Both the position numbers and the translations under genes were made by a program. The notes under the pieces are model-generated. The model was not told the origin of the DNA. It saw only the letters and a program-made list of their open reading frames with translations, and ran no database searches. 64,000 nucleotides of DNA from Setoptus koraiensis (Eukaryota; Animalia; Arthropoda): the NCBI GenBank assembly GCA_048013815.1, contig CM106585.1, positions 22,692,001 through 22,756,000 of the forward strand. Reading direction: 5' to 3'. Below, piece by piece: positions 60,099 to 64,000 of this stretch. Position 1 is the stretch's first letter, and each line of letters opens with the position of its first letter.

Positions 60099-62318
60099 GC
60101 GTAGGATTGGTTCTAGTGTCAATTAGCGGCATTGCATGGCGTATAACTATTAAAACATACAAACACAATAGGTCATCATCATTAACTGGCCTCCAACAAC
60201 AACAACAACACCAGCATCAGCATCATAACGGTTCCTCGCTCGGTCCCACTGGCGGCCATCTCGGCAACCATCATTTGGCGGCCTCACTTCATCCTCACTT
60301 TCATCATTTGGGCCCACAGCATAGAGCGGCGGCCGCGGCGGCAGCAGCTGCCGCCCTATTTGCTTCTCATCATCACAGAGGCTTCTTTTCTCAATTGGGC
60401 CCATCGTTGTATCCTGCGACATTGAGCCCGCTCAATCAGCCAGCCGCCACTCATCAGCAAACTGGCCAGAGAGCGGCCATCAATGACGCAACCAACAGCC
60501 AGGCCGCAGTGATAAACGACAACAGCGACACTACTACTACTACTACTACTACCGGCACCACTGCTAGACCAACAACTAATGACAACAATTCACCTCAGAC
60601 CACAACAACACCCGCAACGCCATCTATGCTACCGGCTCAAGCTCCGCCATTCGCCGGCGTGGACAATCTAGATCCAACCAACGGCAACAACATCAATCAT
60701 TATCTTCAGCCTCCATTATTGGCTGGCTCAACAGCAACAAACAACAGCAACAGCAGCAACAACAACAGTCAAACAGCCAGGCCCCAGAGCCAATTGAATA
60801 ATAATTGGTCCAGATTTAATGTTGCCAATAGATTGAGACAACTAATGAACAGATTCACATCATTCGCGAGATCATCGTCGTCGTCGCCGTCGTCCTCATC
60901 GTCGTCCAATCATCAATTATCAAATCAAAGTATGTCTGCCGCACAAAGTGCCTGTCAAGCCAGTCACGGCAATAGTCAGGCAATGGCACAATTAATGTCA
61001 AATCATATGCAACAGGCCAGTCCGTTGCAGATATTGCATGCTCAAGCGGTGGCAGCCGTCACTAATCACCCATTAATTGGTCCCTATTTGCCGCCACTTC
61101 CTGCGCCACCAAACGGACTATTCAATCCGGAATTTCACTTTAGGCCACCGCCGCCATCGTATCATGCCAGTATGCAAGAGTATCGTTTGAGATTGCTACT
61201 ATTCGATCGGGCCAATAATGCTGGCGCCTCTTTAGGAGCGGCTGTCTCATCGCCGGGTAATATCAACAATCAAACGGGAACTAATGTCAATCAAATGGCA
61301 AATGGTTGCTGTCTTGTTAACCCGCCACACCAATCAATGATTACGCAAAATACTTTTAGTGCTCAAAACTTTATACAAGCGCCATCACAACAACAACAGC
61401 AACAACAACAGCAGCAGCAACTACAACAATCTCATCAACAGCAGCAACCGACTGCAATTAATTGTCAACTGCAACAACGGCAACAAGGCAACGGTGATAC
61501 ACAACAGACAGTCAGGGATTCGCTTGACAATTTCAATCAAACGGCCACGACAATCAGGAGAGACCATGCCAATACAACTACCACTAAAGACGCCACTGCC
61601 ACTGCTGCCGCTAATGATGATGCAAGATCAAATAAAGGCAGCGATGGCGAAAACGAAATTGTTGTATCATCTCATCAAAACAAACAACCACAATCTAGAG
61701 CAAATGCGAGTGCCCATGCCGACGCCGGTGATCTAACAAACCCGGTTAAGTCATCTGATACTAGCACAGTTAGTTTTGTTGTCAGTAGTGACACTAGCGA
61801 TAGTCAGCCGGCGGGTAATTTACAGCAAACGAGACGACAGCAACAAACAAACAGGAACAGCTATAAACAGATTGTTACTATTACATCATCATCAACATCG
61901 TCATCATCATCATCTGCGAAAGGCGACAACACAAACAACAATAATAATGACGATGATAATAATGTTGCAACCCATACAATTAGCGACAACAACGACATAT
62001 ATGGCACATCCCCAATGAAATCGGTCAATTTGGCCAAGTCGAGCGATATAAACAATCTCGGTAAAACACCAACAGACCATGCCAGGAAACAGCAAGGTGT
62101 CACTGTCGTAAAATCTTCTCTTGATACAGATACAAATCTAATGAAATCAACTATCAAAGTTGAATGCAAACCCAGTGATCACCTTGAACTGAATTACTCA
62201 AATATGAGACTCATCGGAATTGATTTGCGCTACCCCACAGAAGACAAATCAACATCGCCTGTTGCGCCTACCTCTCCGCCGCCCACCTACAGAAGAACTT
62301 TAGTTTCTAAAATATCTG
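60099..62318 (+). CDS. Exon 2 of the two-TM protein (end of TM2 and cytoplasmic tail with HFRPPPPSYHASMQEYRLRLLLFDR)
   Basis: Long open frame (track ORF 60086-62326) with polyQ/T/S tracts and two PPxY motifs; donor G|GTCAGT at 62318/62319. Confidence 0.85.
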
Positions 62319-62463
62319 GTCAGTAGATATGTCAATGACATGAATGATAAATATAATGATGACACAAACACATTGGGTTAGAGCCAACAATTCTGCTTCT
62401 TTTTTTCTGACCATTCTCATCTTATCTCGTCCTCGTCTTCATATGAACACCAACAAACTTCAG

Positions 62464-63200
62464 GTCAAAATCTCTACGGCCAATCGCCGTCCACTTCGAC
62501 GGATTCGCTGTGCGCCATCAAGAGAGTGGACAGTCCCAATCCGTTGTCGGCCAGCAGCAGCCATAGCCAATTGGATAATGATAATAGCACGGTGGCATTA
62601 TCCGATTTGAGCCAAGAAAGAATATCTCTCGATTGTATCCATAATGGTATGTTCATGGATGATATTGCCCATTCGCCAGAGTCGCTGCCTAAAACAAAAC
62701 AAAAGCTTGACTCTCACACTTTGGACAGAAATAAAAGAGTGTCACCTCGTAAAAACAACTCGGACAATACGAACAATGCAGGACAATTTGTTTCAACAAA
62801 ACCAGACAACCTTCACCACAAGCAACATCATGAGCGGTCTCATAGTAATTCACTGAAACGAGCGACATTAAACGATAACTTAAATGACAATAATATAAAT
62901 CGTGTTAATATTGTTCAAGCCAGCGACGATCCAACTTCGATTGGTAGCTTCAACAAGCTGATAAACGTAGTCAATGTGTCTTCGGGGCTCGAATCGCTGA
63001 ACAGTTTTGCGGACAGACAGCAACAGCATCACATAAGTGCTTCTAGGAATCATCATCATCATACCCAAAATCATAATGATGAAAACCAATTATCGACCAA
63101 GAGCGAAATGTATCAACAGGTTGCCGTTGTTGATAATTTGTTGGCCAAAGATGAGTTGCCAAAAGATGATTCGTGTCTGCAAAACGACCAACAACAACAA

Positions 63201-63231
<31 letters not shown>

Positions 63232-63443
63232 AACAACAACAACAATCATCGCAATCGCCAGCGAGAATCATGACTTACTTTGGCGATCAAAGTGGCTCAA
63301 ACAGCTCTAGCCGACAAGATAATAATTGTATGGCCAACCAGCAACACCAAGAGCAGACATATTTAGTTGGAAATAGGAGTTCCATCGAGAGAGAGAAAAG
63401 TGATGGAAACAACAGCGAATTGAACATATTGGCCTACGTTTGA
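62464..63443 (+). CDS. Exon 3 of the two-TM protein, ending NSELNILAYV*
   Basis: Pyrimidine-rich intron 62319-62463 ends in CAG. The phase-1 join restores G-QNLYGQSPSTSTDSLCAIKRVDSPN, in frame with track ORF 62526-63443. The three exons sum to 4584 nt (1528 codons). Confidence 0.8.
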
Positions 63444-64000
63444 ATGAATATTCCTACTCAAAAGAAGCAACCTATTGCCAATCTCTATCCATGTTGTTGT
63501 TGTTGCTGTTATCTTTTGTTGCGACCAAACGAAGACCTTGTTATGTAACTGTGCTTTGGGTAATTATGGCTTCTCTTGGCACAAACACAACCAACAAAAG
63601 AGGCCACGAACAAAACTCAATACAAATAGACACACATCCAAGTCACTTTTCCTACTTTTCAACACAATTGATTCACACCCACAAACACAAATAACTATTG
63701 ATAAACAGTTTACATAATGGACCGTTATAAAATGTTATACAGTCCTCATAAACCGGAACATGACAACTATATTACGAACATAGCAGCAGTCTAGACAGTT
63801 AGACATTGCACATTATCGTCAATTAATTCACTTTAGATGTGTCGCCCTACCTTTCATCATCGTCAATCATTGAAATTGCTCAACTTAGACTATTGTCACA
63901 TCAAAGGAAGCAACACTATCGCCTGTCATCATAGCTACTTGATGTTATTTTTTTTCTATTATATCATCCTAACTAAGCAAACTTGTTACTACTCACAATT

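Overview
Eukaryotic (animal) genomic DNA, most likely from a compact-genome arthropod. A small acariform mite such as an eriophyoid is my inference from gene content, intron poverty and a chelicerate-type Cys-rich secreted protein. The window has two very different halves. Bases 1-25.3 kb are gene-dense and intron-poor: a large helical protein running off the left edge (missed by the ORF track, possibly separase), PCMT, a Cys-rich secreted protein, an SLC38A10-like transporter, calcineurin B, PUS7, CMTR2, GCDH, a LYAR-related nucleolar-type protein with no zinc fingers, and a minimal IRS/chico. Bases 27.5-63.4 kb are a single gene for a ~1527-aa, two-TM, PPxY-motif protein. Its second TM helix is split by a 31,173-nt phase-1 intron. 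That intron has no credible CDS but is densely patterned: at least 30 PAR-bZIP/C-EBP-type sites, a recurring ATTCAC-NN-GTGAAT inverted motif, a 140-bp cluster of perfect palindromes, and many short direct and fold-back duplications. I found no rRNA, tRNA, recognisable snRNA/miRNA, transposase or CRISPR array. All counts were made by eye; no searches were run.
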